Assembly: GCF_001194135.2 (NCBI RefSeq)
Contig: NC_068986.1
Coordinates: 90,119,638-90,183,637 of the forward strand
Direction of reading: 5' to 3'
DNA: 64,000 nt
From: Octopus bimaculoides
Taxonomy: Eukaryota
The translations under genes and the position numbers were made by a program. The notes below the pieces were generated by a model. That model was not told the DNA's origin. It worked only from the letters and a program-made list of their open reading frames with translations, and did no database searches. Every line of letters begins with the position of its first letter. Position 1 is the first letter of the stretch. This document shows, piece by piece, positions 24,088 through 36,345 of this stretch.

Positions 24088-24600
24088 ATGGCTGTGTGGT
24101 TAAGATTGCTTCACAACCACATAATCTTGGGGTCAGTCCGCTAGTGTTTTCTACTATAACCTGAGTCTAGTGTTTTCTAGTACAGTATAGTACTAGAAAA
24201 CTGTACTAGTACACCTGTACTAGTGTTTTCTACTATAACCTGAGTCAACCAAAGCTTTACAAATGGATTTGGGAGATGGAAACTGAAAGAAGCCCATTGT
24301 GTGTGTGTGTATGTAGTAGCTGTTTGACTCAGTCCCATATGACTTAAAGTTACATATGTTAGAGCTACTTTTGTGTGTGTGTGTGTGTGAAAATGGTCAC
24401 ATTTGGAAAAAGGTATCATTCATTTCCAATCTGTGAAAACATGTCCAGTCATGAAGAAATATTAGCTTGCTTGGAAACCAGTGAGGATTGGTGACAGGAA
24501 GAGTATAGAAAATCTACCTGTAAAAAATCTGCTTCAGCAAATTCTGACCTATGCCAGCATGAAAAAGTGAACATTAAAATAATGAAGATGAGGATGATGG
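24088..24600 (+). mobile_element. SINE family A head joined to an alternative RTE-type tail
   Basis: Family A head, (GT)n, then AACATGTCCAGTCATG...GCATGAAAAAGTGAACATTAAA-(GAT) tail; same layout as 62950-63436. Confidence 0.6.
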
Positions 24601-25989
24601 CCACAATGTATCCTTCATTTCATAACACAATGTGGTGTGATTTGAAGGATATTTGACTGCTATGCCTAGTGTAATAATTCTGGTCAGATTTACTTGAAGC
24701 TACACCATGTCACCAACACAGCCTAGTGTTGAGAGGATTATAGAATATTGTTTACAATTGTGAATAATGGTCATATTCGGAAAAGTATTTTCCATGCAGA
24801 TGGCATCCCCAAGTAATTAACCTGTGATTTCTTTTTAAGAATATGTTAAATTTTCATGTCAGTTTGTGTACAATATTATACATCCATTTAGTGATACTTT
24901 CATCACTACTGTGATACTTATTTGAAATTATTAAAATGATATTAGTAATTGAGCTAATGTTGTATTTTCTTCACTTCATAATTATTCTTAAATGTTTTCT
25001 TCTTTTGTGTGTTCTCTGCATTAAATATGTAAATACTGGCTTGACTGGAGCAAATGAAATTTTGTGCCTCATCAAAGGGATAGGAAATATAGTGGTACAC
25101 TGATATTTCTGGTGACTTGATTGAAGAAAGTCGAGTTGAATGACTTGTCTAAGGGGTGTATAACATAATGAGGATTTTTCAGATAGGGTATTAGCCCTTA
25201 GAGTAGAAATGACACTGGATTGAAAAGTACAACAGTGTATCATCATATAGAAGAAACACAGTGTTTAAATCAAAGTTGAGATGGTCTTGACTAGAATGTT
25301 TCTCTGCATTGGACTGTTCAATCATAGCTGACCCAGAATTAAACAACAGCAGCAAAGGCAACTATTAGCATTATTGCTTATCAATTATTTTTCTTTTTCC
25401 CATGATGTGCTGCCAAGAAACATACCTCAGTATCTTAACCATACATTTCTAATGAAACATTCACATGCATGCACCTTCAGTTATTAACTGTTTGGTTATT
25501 ATTATCTACCTGACCATCGTGTCTTGTTCCCAGTTATCATCTGATAAGATTGGAATGTCTGTTCTTGTATTTGTTTTGGAAGTGGTGCATTCCACAGAGT
25601 AGATGGTCCAGTTGCCAACACCTTCTGTGCAACAGGTTTGGTATGTTGTGGCAGATGATGTATAAACATGTGCTGATTGGAATGTGCATTTAGAAATTCC
25701 TGGATAGTGTGTAGGTGTGGTTACTGTTTGTCAGACTTGTTTTCTTACAGCTTGTCTCTTATGGAGTTTGCAATCTTGAGTGATGCAAGAGTGAAGACTG
25801 TTTCTGGTGTATGGAATGTCGTTAGTTGTTCACTGCCTTCTTCTACTCAGACAATGCAGTTGGTAGAGTATCCATGTTAGCATTCTAAGAAAGACTAGTG
25901 GTGGACAAGTGTGGAGTTTGTGGGGAAAATCTAGATGTTGATAAGAATCAACTGGCTACACTATTTCAGAGAACTTTTAATCCAAGTAC

Positions 25990-26190
25990 TCTTTTACTTG
26001 TTTCAGTCATTTGACTGTGGCCATGCTGGAGCACCACCTCTAGTCGAGCAAATCGACCCTAGAGCTTATACTTTGTAGGCCTAGTACTTATTCTATCAGT
26101 CTCTTTTGCCGAACCGCTAGGTTACGGGGATGTAAACATGCCAACATCGGTTGTCAAGCGATGTTGGGGGACAGACACAAATATACACAC
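25990..26190 (-). mobile_element. SINE family A tail (5'-truncated)
   Basis: Matches the family A tail. Confidence 0.8.
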
Positions 26191-26917
26191 ACACATATAT
26201 ATATAGGTACATCTTTTTTACTCCTGCAAATTTTAAGCCTTGTGCCTTTTAGTAGAAAGGATTATTGTTATTATTATTATTGAAAATGGCAAGTTGGCAG
26301 AAATGTTACCATGCTTAGTGCCATTTCTTCTGGCTTTACATTCTGAGTTCAAATGTCTTCAAGGTTGACTTTGCCTTTCATTCTTTTAGGGTTGATAAAA
26401 TCGACCAATCGGGTGAATGATATCTATTTACTTCTTCCCCTAAAATTGCTGGCCTTGTGGCAAAAATTTGGTTTGGTTGTTGAACTCATAATTGCTAGAT
26501 AAATTCCTGGACTGAGTGGTACATTGCGTTCTTGAGCAAAGCACTTCAGCTCTGTGATCATTTTGGCATGTGACATGTGGCACACTTGTGCACCTGTACA
26601 GGTAATACTGATTTGATGGAGTTAGTGAGCTAATGTCCAACACATACATTTTGATCACTATAAACAAATCATTTGTGCAGGTCGTTCAAGAAACACTGAG
26701 TGCTCACACATCGTCTTTGGTGTGAGTGTCTATCATTATTATTATTAATTAGTGGCACTTCATATGTCTTTACATTTTGAGTTCAGATTTCACCAAGGTC
26801 AACTTTGCTTTTTCACCCTTTTGGAGTCACTAAAATGAGTATCGGTTCAGCACTGAGGTTGATGTAATAGACTCCTTCCCTTTCCTCAATTTGCTGGCCT
26901 TGTGCCAAAATTTGAAA

Positions 26918-27274
26918 TTATTGCCTCCGCCTTAGTGAAGGTGGAGGTATTGTTTTTCAGTCGCATTTGTTTGTTTGTTTGTCTGTGGACAAGATATCTC
27001 AAGAATTGCTGGATGGATTTGGATGAAACTTCCAGGGATGTTCGGCCTCATGACTGGCACAAACTGATTAAAATACCAGGCAAGGATTCTGGATTATTTT
27101 TCCTGTGTTTTTACTTAACCTTTGAGAGCAGTTGGATTCATTTTTAGCAGTCTTGTTTGTGAGAGCAGTCAAATTTATTTCAGATATTCTCATTTTAAAA
27201 TTCATCTCCGGCTAATTGTTGAGAGGACGTTGGTGTTGCCTTGGTGGAGTTTTGCGCTCTCTGAGTACTCTTGT
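26918..27274 (+). mobile_element. HINE-like element, copy 2
   Basis: Same structure as the 17830 copy. Confidence 0.7.
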
Positions 27275-28361
27275 TGTTATTAGTTTAATAATGAATGGTC
27301 AACTCACTAGATCACCATTTAAAATGCTTTACAGATGAGATGACTCAAAATTGAGATGAGTGTTGATTTTCAGTATTGCTGTATCCAACCTGTGCTACAT
27401 AATAAAAAAAAAAATTCAAAAAACAAAGAACCCATTAAGCTGATGTTGTTGATAATGATAATAATTATTATGTTCACATAGCCACATACTTATAAACACA
27501 CACACACACACACACACACACTTTGCACATGCAGTTTCTATACAACAGTTAAACATAATTTCATTACAAATCCACAAGGTGTGTAACAACATGAAAATTT
27601 ATAGCATTTAACTTATGACTGACACTCTATCGTTAAAGATGATCTGTCTGACAAATATTAAATTATAATGTAGTAAAAAAAAAAAAAAACCCCCCAACTA
27701 GCTGCAACATATTTTGGGTTTAAATATGCTGCATAATAATTGATGTACAAAACATCAATTTTAGGAGTCACCGCACCAATAGCAACATTTTCTGACAAGC
27801 AGTAAAAAAAAATGATATAGAATGGAAAAAAAAAAAAAAATTGCTCTGGGAAAATTAGGTTGTTTTGATACTGTTGTGAGAAGCTCTAGTTTTGTGAAAA
27901 GGTATCAACAGATGGTGATCGTGAGAATATAATATAAACTAGCTAGCTGTTGTGATAGAGGTAGAAAGACATAGGGAAAATGTGTCTGTCTAACATCAAA
28001 ATATAGGTCATTTATTGAATTATAGTCTAAATTCCTTGAATTAAATCTGTATCTTTATTGTAATGAAGCTAATGTAAGTACATCTAAATATGTAACTGAA
28101 ATGTTGCCAGCCTTTCTTTTCACCATGTATCACACTTCCCTAGTCAATCCATACCTCTCACTCTATCTTATATCTGACTATTTCTCTGAGGTAAAGAAAG
28201 AGGATTAACTTGTGCCTCCCACTGTCTCTTATATCCACCCCCACCACTCTGAAGAACGAAACAGAAAGTGTAAGAAAGAAGGAGAGTCTTTTTTTTTCTG
28301 TCATGAGAATATCATTTGGTCTGCTTGCTATATTGCTGTCTAGGAACATTTTTCCCATCTA

Positions 28362-28635
28362 GTGAAAGTGTATGGCCTACTGGTTAGGGTGTTGCCCTCT
28401 TGATCATAAGATTGTGGTTTGTTTTGATTTTCAGGCCAGGTGGTGCATTTTGTTCTTGAGCAAAACACTCCATTTCACATTGCTCCAGTTCACTCAACTA
28501 TAAATGAATTCCATCAATAACTGGGAAGTTAACCCTATGATGGACCAGCATCCCATTCAGTGGGGAGGCTTGTAATCTCAGTCACTTACACCATGGAAAC
28601 CCGCTTAAGCCCTTACCTTATGAGTCCTAAGGCTG
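28362..28635 (+). mobile_element. tRNA-derived SINE with a conserved central domain (CORE/V/Nin-like); shorter copies at about 19830-20030, 56130-56300 and 60915-61050
   Basis: Head TGGCCTACTGGTTAGGG, then CTTGAGCAAAACACT..CACATTGCTCCAGTTCACTCA and AACCCTATGATGGACCAGCATCCCATTCAG. Exact domain name is uncertain. Confidence 0.6.
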
Positions 28636-30239
28636 GTGACTGACCCTTGTCTAAGGTGACTGACCCTTATCTAAGGTGACATCAGTGTATATCAGCTGGT
28701 GTTGTTCAATAGGGGAACTTCTACATAGTTACTTGACAGGCTGAAAATAGCAACCAAATCTCCCTCAAATCTCATGCTAAAATATATTGTATAAAATAGT
28801 TCCTGATGGACAAAAAGGTGATATGTTTATGACTTGAACAACTTTCACCTATTGGATCAGGATTGATCTGGGATCAGTCGGCAACAATCAAGATAACAAA
28901 GAAAAACCAGTGCATTTCCTCAACCAGCTAGAAATAGTTGTCACATTTCTTTCAGATCATATCCTAATGTCTTAAATAATACATTTTCCAAGCTACACCT
29001 GTATGTATGAAAAGAACGAGAATAATAATTATTTGTCTTTCATACCTTTGAGGTTGATAAAATAAAGTATCAGCCTATTTTGAAAAAGAATGAAAAAATT
29101 CCCACAACTGCCTTGTAACGTACATGGTGATCTCATTAGTGCTGATGGCATGCAGAAAGCATCTAGTACACCTTGTAAGGTGGTTGGTGTTAGAAAGGGT
29201 AATTTAGCTGGAGAAAACATACCAAAACTGCCACTGGAGCTCATTGCAGCCCTCCTGTTTGCTGGATCCTATCAAACCATCACACCTATGCCAGCATAAA
29301 AAATGGATGTTAAATGACAATATGCGTGCACACACACACATTTCTGTTCACCATATCTACTCTTAGGGATTTGGTTGGCCCTAGGCTATAAAGGAGACTC
29401 TTGTCTAAGGTGCCACACAATATGATTGAACCAAAAACAATGTACCAAAAACAATGTACCTGCTGTTGATAGGTATGGTAACATAAGGGCCTTATACTTT
29501 TCTCATAAGTTGTAGGAATGGAATCATATCAAAATAGAAAGTAGTTGGAATAAATTATTGAACTAGATAAGTGGTGGAATAAATTATTGAACCAGATAAG
29601 TGGTATCAACAAACTTTATTATAAATTTGTTTTTTGACTGGGATTTTTTTTTATTAGATTTAATGATATGGAGACATCAGGACTAGACAACTACTTTCAA
29701 AAAAGGCAAAACTGAAATCCCTCTTTTGTTTAACCAGTATATTTCTTCTTTTTTTAAAAATTTTTTAAAAAACTTTTTGAGTATGGAGGAAAGGGCATTA
29801 CTCATGATATTTGCAGGCCCTTGGAAATCAGTGAGCTTGATGTCATTAGTGTTATATTTGAATTATTGCAGATCAACAATTGCAAGAAACATGTGTGCAA
29901 AGGAAAAGATTCCAGAAAACTAATATTCTAAGGAGAAATGACTAGGAATAATGGTTTGTACAAGGCCAATGGGGCTGGATGCACTGGAGTTGAGGAGAGG
30001 TAGAAAGATAGTGGATTAGGAATGCTAAATGTTTAGAAGTACAAGACCAGCCAGCTTTGATGAACAGAGACCATTGTAGTAGCAACAGAAAAGACAGAGA
30101 GGAGACAGTAAACCTAATGGCCAGGGACTGTTAGTGATTGAAATTTAGTTAAGTGGCTCTTGTCTGGATGTAGTTCAGGATGTTTGTGTATATAGCAACA
30201 ACACTATTCCAAATGTGGGAGCAGTACACTAGGAGGACC

Positions 30240-30281
<42 letters not shown>

Positions 30282-30898
30282 CAAGATGTGGTTGATAGAT
30301 TATAATCAGTTGATATTGAAAGATGTGCATAAGACAAAACAAGATTTACCTGTTTGGAGTATATTGACTTAAATAAATTAATCACACCTCAGTTTCTTTA
30401 CTGATAAGTCATAGTAAACAACAAATTTTTATCTTTTGAAAAGAAGTAATTTGCTAAGCTGGTTGATAAATCATGATTGATAACTTTCGTTAATAAATGG
30501 TTACATTTATTACTTGGGCTTCTTGAGACCAATAAAAGAAATAATTAAGGTAATGAATTGGCAAGTTCTTTAATTCTGAGTTCAAATCCCGTCAGAATCG
30601 TCTTTGTCTTTCATTCTTCCAGGATCAATTAAATAATGTACTGGTCAAGCCCTAGGGTTGATGGTATAGTCTAACCACTTAAAATTGTTGGTTTGAGCTG
30701 GTGGAATTGTTAGATTGTTTGAAAAAGCTTTACAGTCTTCATGCTCACTACATTGTTAGTTCAAGTCCTGCTGAGGTTGACTTTGTCTTTCATCCCTCTA
30801 AGGTCTATAAAATAAAGTACCAGTCAAATACTGGGATTGATAGAATCGACTAACTTCTCCCCTCAAAATTGCTGGCCTTATGCTTAAATTAGAAGCAG

Positions 30899-31253
30899 TT
30901 ATTACCTCCATCTTCGCTTAAGGCAGAGGCATTGTTTTCAGTCGTGTTTGTTTGTTTGTCTGTGGACAAGATATCTCAAGAACCACTGGATGGATTTAGA
31001 TGAAACTTTCAGGGATGTTTCGCCTTGTGACTGGCATAAACTGATTAAATTTTGCGATTGATCTGATACCAGACAAGGGTTCTAGATATTTTTCCAATTT
31101 TTTTTACTTAATTTTTGAGAGTGGTTGGGTTCATTATTAGTATTCTTGTTTGTGAGAGCAGTTGAGTTCATTTCAGATATTTTCATTTTAAAAATCATCT
31201 CTGGTTAATTGTCGAGAGGACGTTGGTGTTGCCTTGGCGGAGGTTTGCGCTCT
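30899..31253 (+). mobile_element. HINE-like element, copy 3
   Basis: 5' ATTACCTCC and 3' GGCGGAGGT sub-terminal inverted repeat; same core as copies 1 and 2. Confidence 0.7.
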
Positions 31254-32050
31254 TATTATTATTATTATTATTGGCAGAAGCATCACTATGTTGGACAAAA
31301 TGCTTAGTAGTATTTCTTCTGGTTCTTTACATACTGAGTTCAAACACCACAGAAGTCAACTTTAATTACTGGGATCAGTAGTATTGACTAATCCCTCCCA
31401 CCAAAATTGTAGACCTTATGCCATAATTTGAAACATTTATTATTATTGAGCTGGCAGAATTTTTAGCAGCATTTTGTCCATCTGTACATTCTGGGTTCAA
31501 ATTCCACTGAGGTCAGTTTTGTTTTTTATCCTTTCAGGGTTGATAAAATAAGTACTAGCCAAAATGTGAAACTGTTATTATTATATCCAATCCCCACCTC
31601 ACTTCCACCTCATCAGCCCTTGTGTCTACCCCGTTCCCGTTCCCGTACTCTCATTCTCACTCCCACTCCTTAATTATGTTTCACTTTCACCTTTTCTTTT
31701 CTCATGTTTTATTTAACTCCCTCTCTCTTATAGTCACCACTCAGTCTCTCTCTCTCTCTTTCTCTCTCTCTTCTCTTTTCCACACTTCAAATACTTTCTC
31801 TCTCTCCCTCACATAATCCAACTTTCTCTCCTCAATCTCTCTTTTGTCCCCTTTCTCCCCTTCTCTCGTCGACCCCCCCCCATCACCCTCTCTCCTGTTT
31901 CTCTCTCCCCTCTCTTTGCCTCCTTCCCTCTCACTTTATTTAACTTCTTCCTACCCTCACATAGTCTTTCCTCTTCATCCTCCCACACTCTCTTCTTCAC
32001 GTACTCTCTCTTTCTCTCTCTATATGCATATAATATATATATTTATATTT

Positions 32051-32270
32051 TATTCTTTTACTTGTTTCAGTCATTTGACTGTGGCCATGCTGGAGTACCA
32101 CCTTTAGTCGAACAAATTGACCCCAGGCCTTATTCTTTGTAAGCCTTGTACTTATTCTATCAGTCTCTTTTACTGAGCTGCTAAGTTACAAGGACATAAA
32201 CACACCAGCATTGGTTGTCAAGCGATGTTGGGGGGGGACAAACCCAGACACACAAACATATACACACACA

Positions 32271-32302
<32 letters not shown>

Positions 32303-32456
32303 AGATGAGCTTCTTTCAGTTTCTGTCTACCAAATCTACTCACAAGGCATTGCTGGCCCGAGGTTATAGTAGAAGATGCTTACCCAAGGTGCCATGCAGT
32401 GGGACTGAACCTGGAATCACGTTGTTGGTAAGCAAGCTACTTACCACACAACCTGC
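32051..32456 (-). mobile_element. SINE family A, near full length
   Basis: Tail, (CATA)n and head on the reverse strand; CpGs largely decayed to TpG/CpA. Confidence 0.85.
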
Positions 32457-32564
32457 ATATATACACACTTCTATATACATATATATGCACACACACACAT
32501 ATGTGGTCTAGTGGTTAGAGTGTTGCACTCACTATCACTAGATCATGGCACCTAGCACTGTCCC

Positions 32565-32972
32565 AGCGTGATCATTGCCAAAGCAGCTGTCTGGCTTCCG
32601 TGCTAGTGGTATGGAAATAACACCATTTGAGCATGATCGTTACCAGAGTCTCCTTACTGGCACTTGTGCCGGTGGCACGTGAAAAAACATTCAAGCGAGG
32701 TCGTTGCTAGTGCCGCTGGACTGGCTCTTGTGCAGGTGGCACGTAAAATACACCATTTTGAGCGTGGCTGTTGCCAGTACCGCCTAACTGGCCTTCGTGC
32801 TGGTGGCACTTAAGAGCAGCTACTACACCCTCGGAGTGGTTGGTGTTAGGAAGGGCATCCAGCTGTAGAAACTCTGCCAGATCAGATTGGAGCCTGGTGT
32901 AGCCATCTGATTCGCCAGTCCTCAGTCAAATCGTCCAACCCATGCTAGCATGGAAGGTGGACGTTAAACGAT
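32565..32972 (+). mobile_element. RTE LINE 3'UTR/tail repeat (family D) inserted into another SINE (32503-33245)
   Basis: Ends AACCCATGCTAGCATGGAAGGTGGACGTTAAACGAT, as in the RTE copy ending at 35653. Confidence 0.8.
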
Positions 32973-33060
32973 TATAATAATAAATAAATTCCCAGACTGA
33001 GCGGTGTGTTGTGTCTTTCAGCAAAACACTTCATCTCGCGTTGCTCTGTGATCACTTCAA

Positions 33061-33118
33061 CACCTGTACATTTGTGCACCTGTACATTTGTGCACCTGTA
33101 CATTTGTGCACCTGTACA
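33061..33118. repeat. 16-bp tandem repeat x3.6 (CACCTGTACATTTGTG) expanded inside a SINE
   Basis: Direct reading; the related copy near 26580 has a single unit. Confidence 0.9.
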
Positions 33119-33757
33119 AACAATATCGATTTCATGACGAGAGTGAGCTACTGTACAACGCATACATTTGATCACTCTTACCAAATCATTTGTGTAGGTC
33201 GTTCAGCAAAAGCTGAGCTCTCATACATCATCTTTGACAGAAGAATCCGTCATTATTATAATAATGACAAGGACAGTAGTTTGGTAGAATTGTTTGTGTT
33301 GAATAAAATTTCTTGTGGTATTCAGTTATAGCTATTTACATTCTGAGTTCAAATTCCACCAATGTTGTCTTTCATCCTTCTGGGATCGATAAAATAAAGC
33401 GCAAGTTGTAATGTTTATTAGAAATCAATTTCAAGAATTTTCTTTTAAAGCAGAGTAATTAAGGAATCCAAATGATATAAAGAGATATTCAAAGCATTGC
33501 AGAAATATAGTCTATCATCATCATCATCTAGATAAGATATTAATGCATATTATTTAGTATTTATATTAATATTGATATTTAGTGTGGGTGAGTGTGTTTG
33601 TGTGGTAATGGAAGTGAGATGTGTGTGGTAATGGAAGTGTGTGGATGTGTGTGTATATATATGGTAACAAAAGTGTATATGTATGTGGTAATGAAAGTGT
33701 GTATGTGTAGTGATAGATGTACATGTGGTTGTGAAAGTGTATTTTATGTGGTGACGA

Positions 33758-33815
<58 letters not shown>

Positions 33816-34931
33816 TTACAAAATTGTGTGTATGTGTCAGTGAAAGTGTGTTTGTTTGTATCAATGAAGTGTTTGTGTTGTAATTACTATATCCGTGTGT
33901 ATGTGACAATGAAAGCCTTTTTTGTGTGCATAGCAATGTTGCGTATGTGGTAATGAAGTACATTTGTGTGTGTTGTGTTAATGGAGTGTGTATATCCAAT
34001 GGATACAGAATAGTGACTCATCTTTCATGCTTTAACCAAATATATTCAGAGTAGATTTTTAATGAACATGCTCGAAAAAAAAAAAAGAATTAAGTCATAT
34101 TCAAACTGATGTCTATCCCTTTTAATTCTTTACCTACATCATCATACTATATTTATATTTTTAATACAAAGACTTGAGCACATTAGCACATTCCTGTAGA
34201 TGAAGTTAAAAGTCTGCATATTTTTCTAGTGACTTCAAGCATTTGCATATGTCATATTAACACTTTTAAAGAAATATCTGGTGAATATTTTGTTTAATCA
34301 CTATGTGTGTGTGTGTGTGTGTGTAATAGGGTGTGGTGGAAGAGAGTTTTAAGTAAAAGACCCAAATATGCTGGGGTATATGGTAGTGAGGAGAGTGATG
34401 AATCATTTCCAGATTTAAAAGAATTTTGATTGAACTATGTCTTATTTTGGAAGACATCCAAATTGTTTTAAAGATTTCGTTCTCTGGCTTCATATTGTTT
34501 CAAGATTTACATATTCTTCGTTTCTGTTCATGGATCTTTCTGTCTTTTAATTGTTTTAGTCATTGGATTGAGACCATGCTGGGACACTGCCTTGAAGGGT
34601 TTAGTCAAACAAATTAACCCCAGTACTTACTTTTCTTTTAAGTTTGGTACTTTATTGTATTGGTCTCTTTTGCTGAACCACTAATTTACAAGGACACCAA
34701 TAAACCAGCATTGGTTGTCAAGTGGGAGGTGGAGAAAGACACCCCCACACACATTCAGGGAGCATTCCATATTTTTTAAATACACTGTTAAGTGGTTGAC
34801 ATTAGGAAGGGCATCTATCCCAGGAAACCATTCCAGAGCTGATATAGAGCACATGCAGCCCTGCAGCTCAAGATCCTGTCTAATCATCCAACCTATGCCA
34901 GCATGGAAAACAGTCATCAAATGATGATGAT

Positions 34932-35653
34932 ATCAGTTGTGGTGTGCAAGAGAGACGATTGCGCTGGTATGGACATGTGGTGAGAATGGATGAAGATAGC
35001 TGCGTGAAAAAGTGCCACACCCTAACAGTTGAGGGAACCCGTGGAAGAGGTAGGCCCAGGAAGACCTGGGCTGAGGTGGTGAGGCAAGACCTTCGTACAT
35101 TGGGCCTCACCGAGGCGATGACTACTGACTGAGACCTTTGGAAATGTGCTGTGCGTGAGAAGACCCGGCAAGCCAAGTAAGATCGTTGCCAGTGCCCCTG
35201 GACTGGTTCTTGTGCGGGTGGCACATGAGATGCACCATTTTGAGCGTGGCCNNNNNNNNNNNNNNNNNNNNNNNNNNNNNNNNNNNNNNNNNNNNNNNNN
35301 NNNNNNNNNNNNNNNNNNNNNNNNNNNNNNNNNNNNNNNNNNNNNNNNNNNNNNNNNNNNNNNNNNNNNNNNNNNNNNNNNNNNNNNNNNNNNNNNNNNN
35401 NNNNNNNNNNNNNNNNNNNNNNNNNNNNNNNNNNNNNNNNNNNNNNNNNNNNNNNNNNNNNNNNNNNNNNNNNNNNNNNNNNNNNNNNNNNNNNNNNNNN
35501 NNNNNNNNNNNNNNNNNNNNNNNNNNNNAGAAACTCTGCCAAATTAGACTGGAGCCTGGTGTTGCCATCCGGTTTCACCAGTCCTCAGTCAAATCGTCCA
35601 ACCCATGCTAGCATGGAAAGCGGACGTTAAACGATGATGATGATGATGATGAT
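34932..35653 (+). mobile_element. 5'-truncated RTE-clade LINE: ORF2 C-terminus (34932-35180), 3'UTR and (GAT)n tail
   Basis: ISCGVQERRLRWYGHVVRMDEDSCVKKCHTLTVEGTRGRGRPRKTWAEVVRQDL...TD*DLWKCAVREKTRQAK* carries the hallmark RTE C-terminal motifs. The internal TGA is a probable CGA>TGA decay. Confidence 0.92.
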
Positions 35654-35662
35654 ACATATATA

Positions 35663-35886
35663 TTGGGTTGGTGCATAATTTTTGCGGCTTTTTTTCAACA
35701 AATTCTATTCACCAAAAACAATAATAATATTTAACAAAAACATCTTTAAATGATGGTCTGACCATCTGCCAAGCAAATGGGAAGCAGTAATTGAAGTAGA
35801 TGGTGAATATGCTCCGGAATAATCATTTAACGATGTTTTTGTTGTTTTTGTTGAAAAAAATCCGCAATAATTATGCATCAACCCAA
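35663..35886 (+). mobile_element. Non-autonomous mariner (MITE)
   Basis: TIRs TTGGGTTGGTGCATAA...TTATGCATCAACCCAA with TA TSDs (35661-35662, 35887-35888). Internal remnant DHLPSKWEAVIEVDGEYAPE* matches the mariner transposase C-terminus. Confidence 0.88.
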
Positions 35887-35889
35887 TAA

Positions 35890-36345
35890 ATCATCATCAT
35901 CGTTTAATGTCCGTTTTCCATGCTGGAATGGGTTGGACGGTTTGACTGAGGCTGCACCAGGCACAATCTGATCTGGCAAAGTTTCTACAGCTGGATGCGC
36001 TTCCCAATGCCAACCACTCCAAGAGTGTAGTGGGTGCTTTTATGTGCCACCAGCATGAGGGCCAGTCAGGTGGTTCTGGCAACGACCACACTCAAAAGTG
36101 TTTTTTACGTGCTACCTGCATGGGAGTCAGTCCAGCGGCACTGGCAACGACCACACTCGAATGTTGTTTTTCACGTGCCACCGTAACATGTGCTGGTAAC
36201 AATCACGCTCGAATGGTGCTTTTTACGTGCCACTGGTACAGGAGCCAATCCATGGCCCTGGCAATGATCACACTCAGATGTGCTTTTAACATTCCACTGG
36301 CACGAGTGCCAATCAGGCGGTACTGTCATCGGCCATGTCAGTGAT
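35890..36345 (-). mobile_element. RTE tail repeat (family D) with internal ~60-65-bp tandem units
   Basis: Reverse complement of the RTE 3' end at 35530-35653. Confidence 0.8.

Noticed and set aside
30243-30281. 39-nt poly-T as the tail of a minus-strand retrocopy
   Set aside because: No TSD or recognisable element body adjacent.
33061-33118. Short direct repeats as a possible CRISPR array (also 21201, 28635-28680, 29547-29604)
   Set aside because: No spacers, eukaryotic context, no cas genes; simple tandem duplications.
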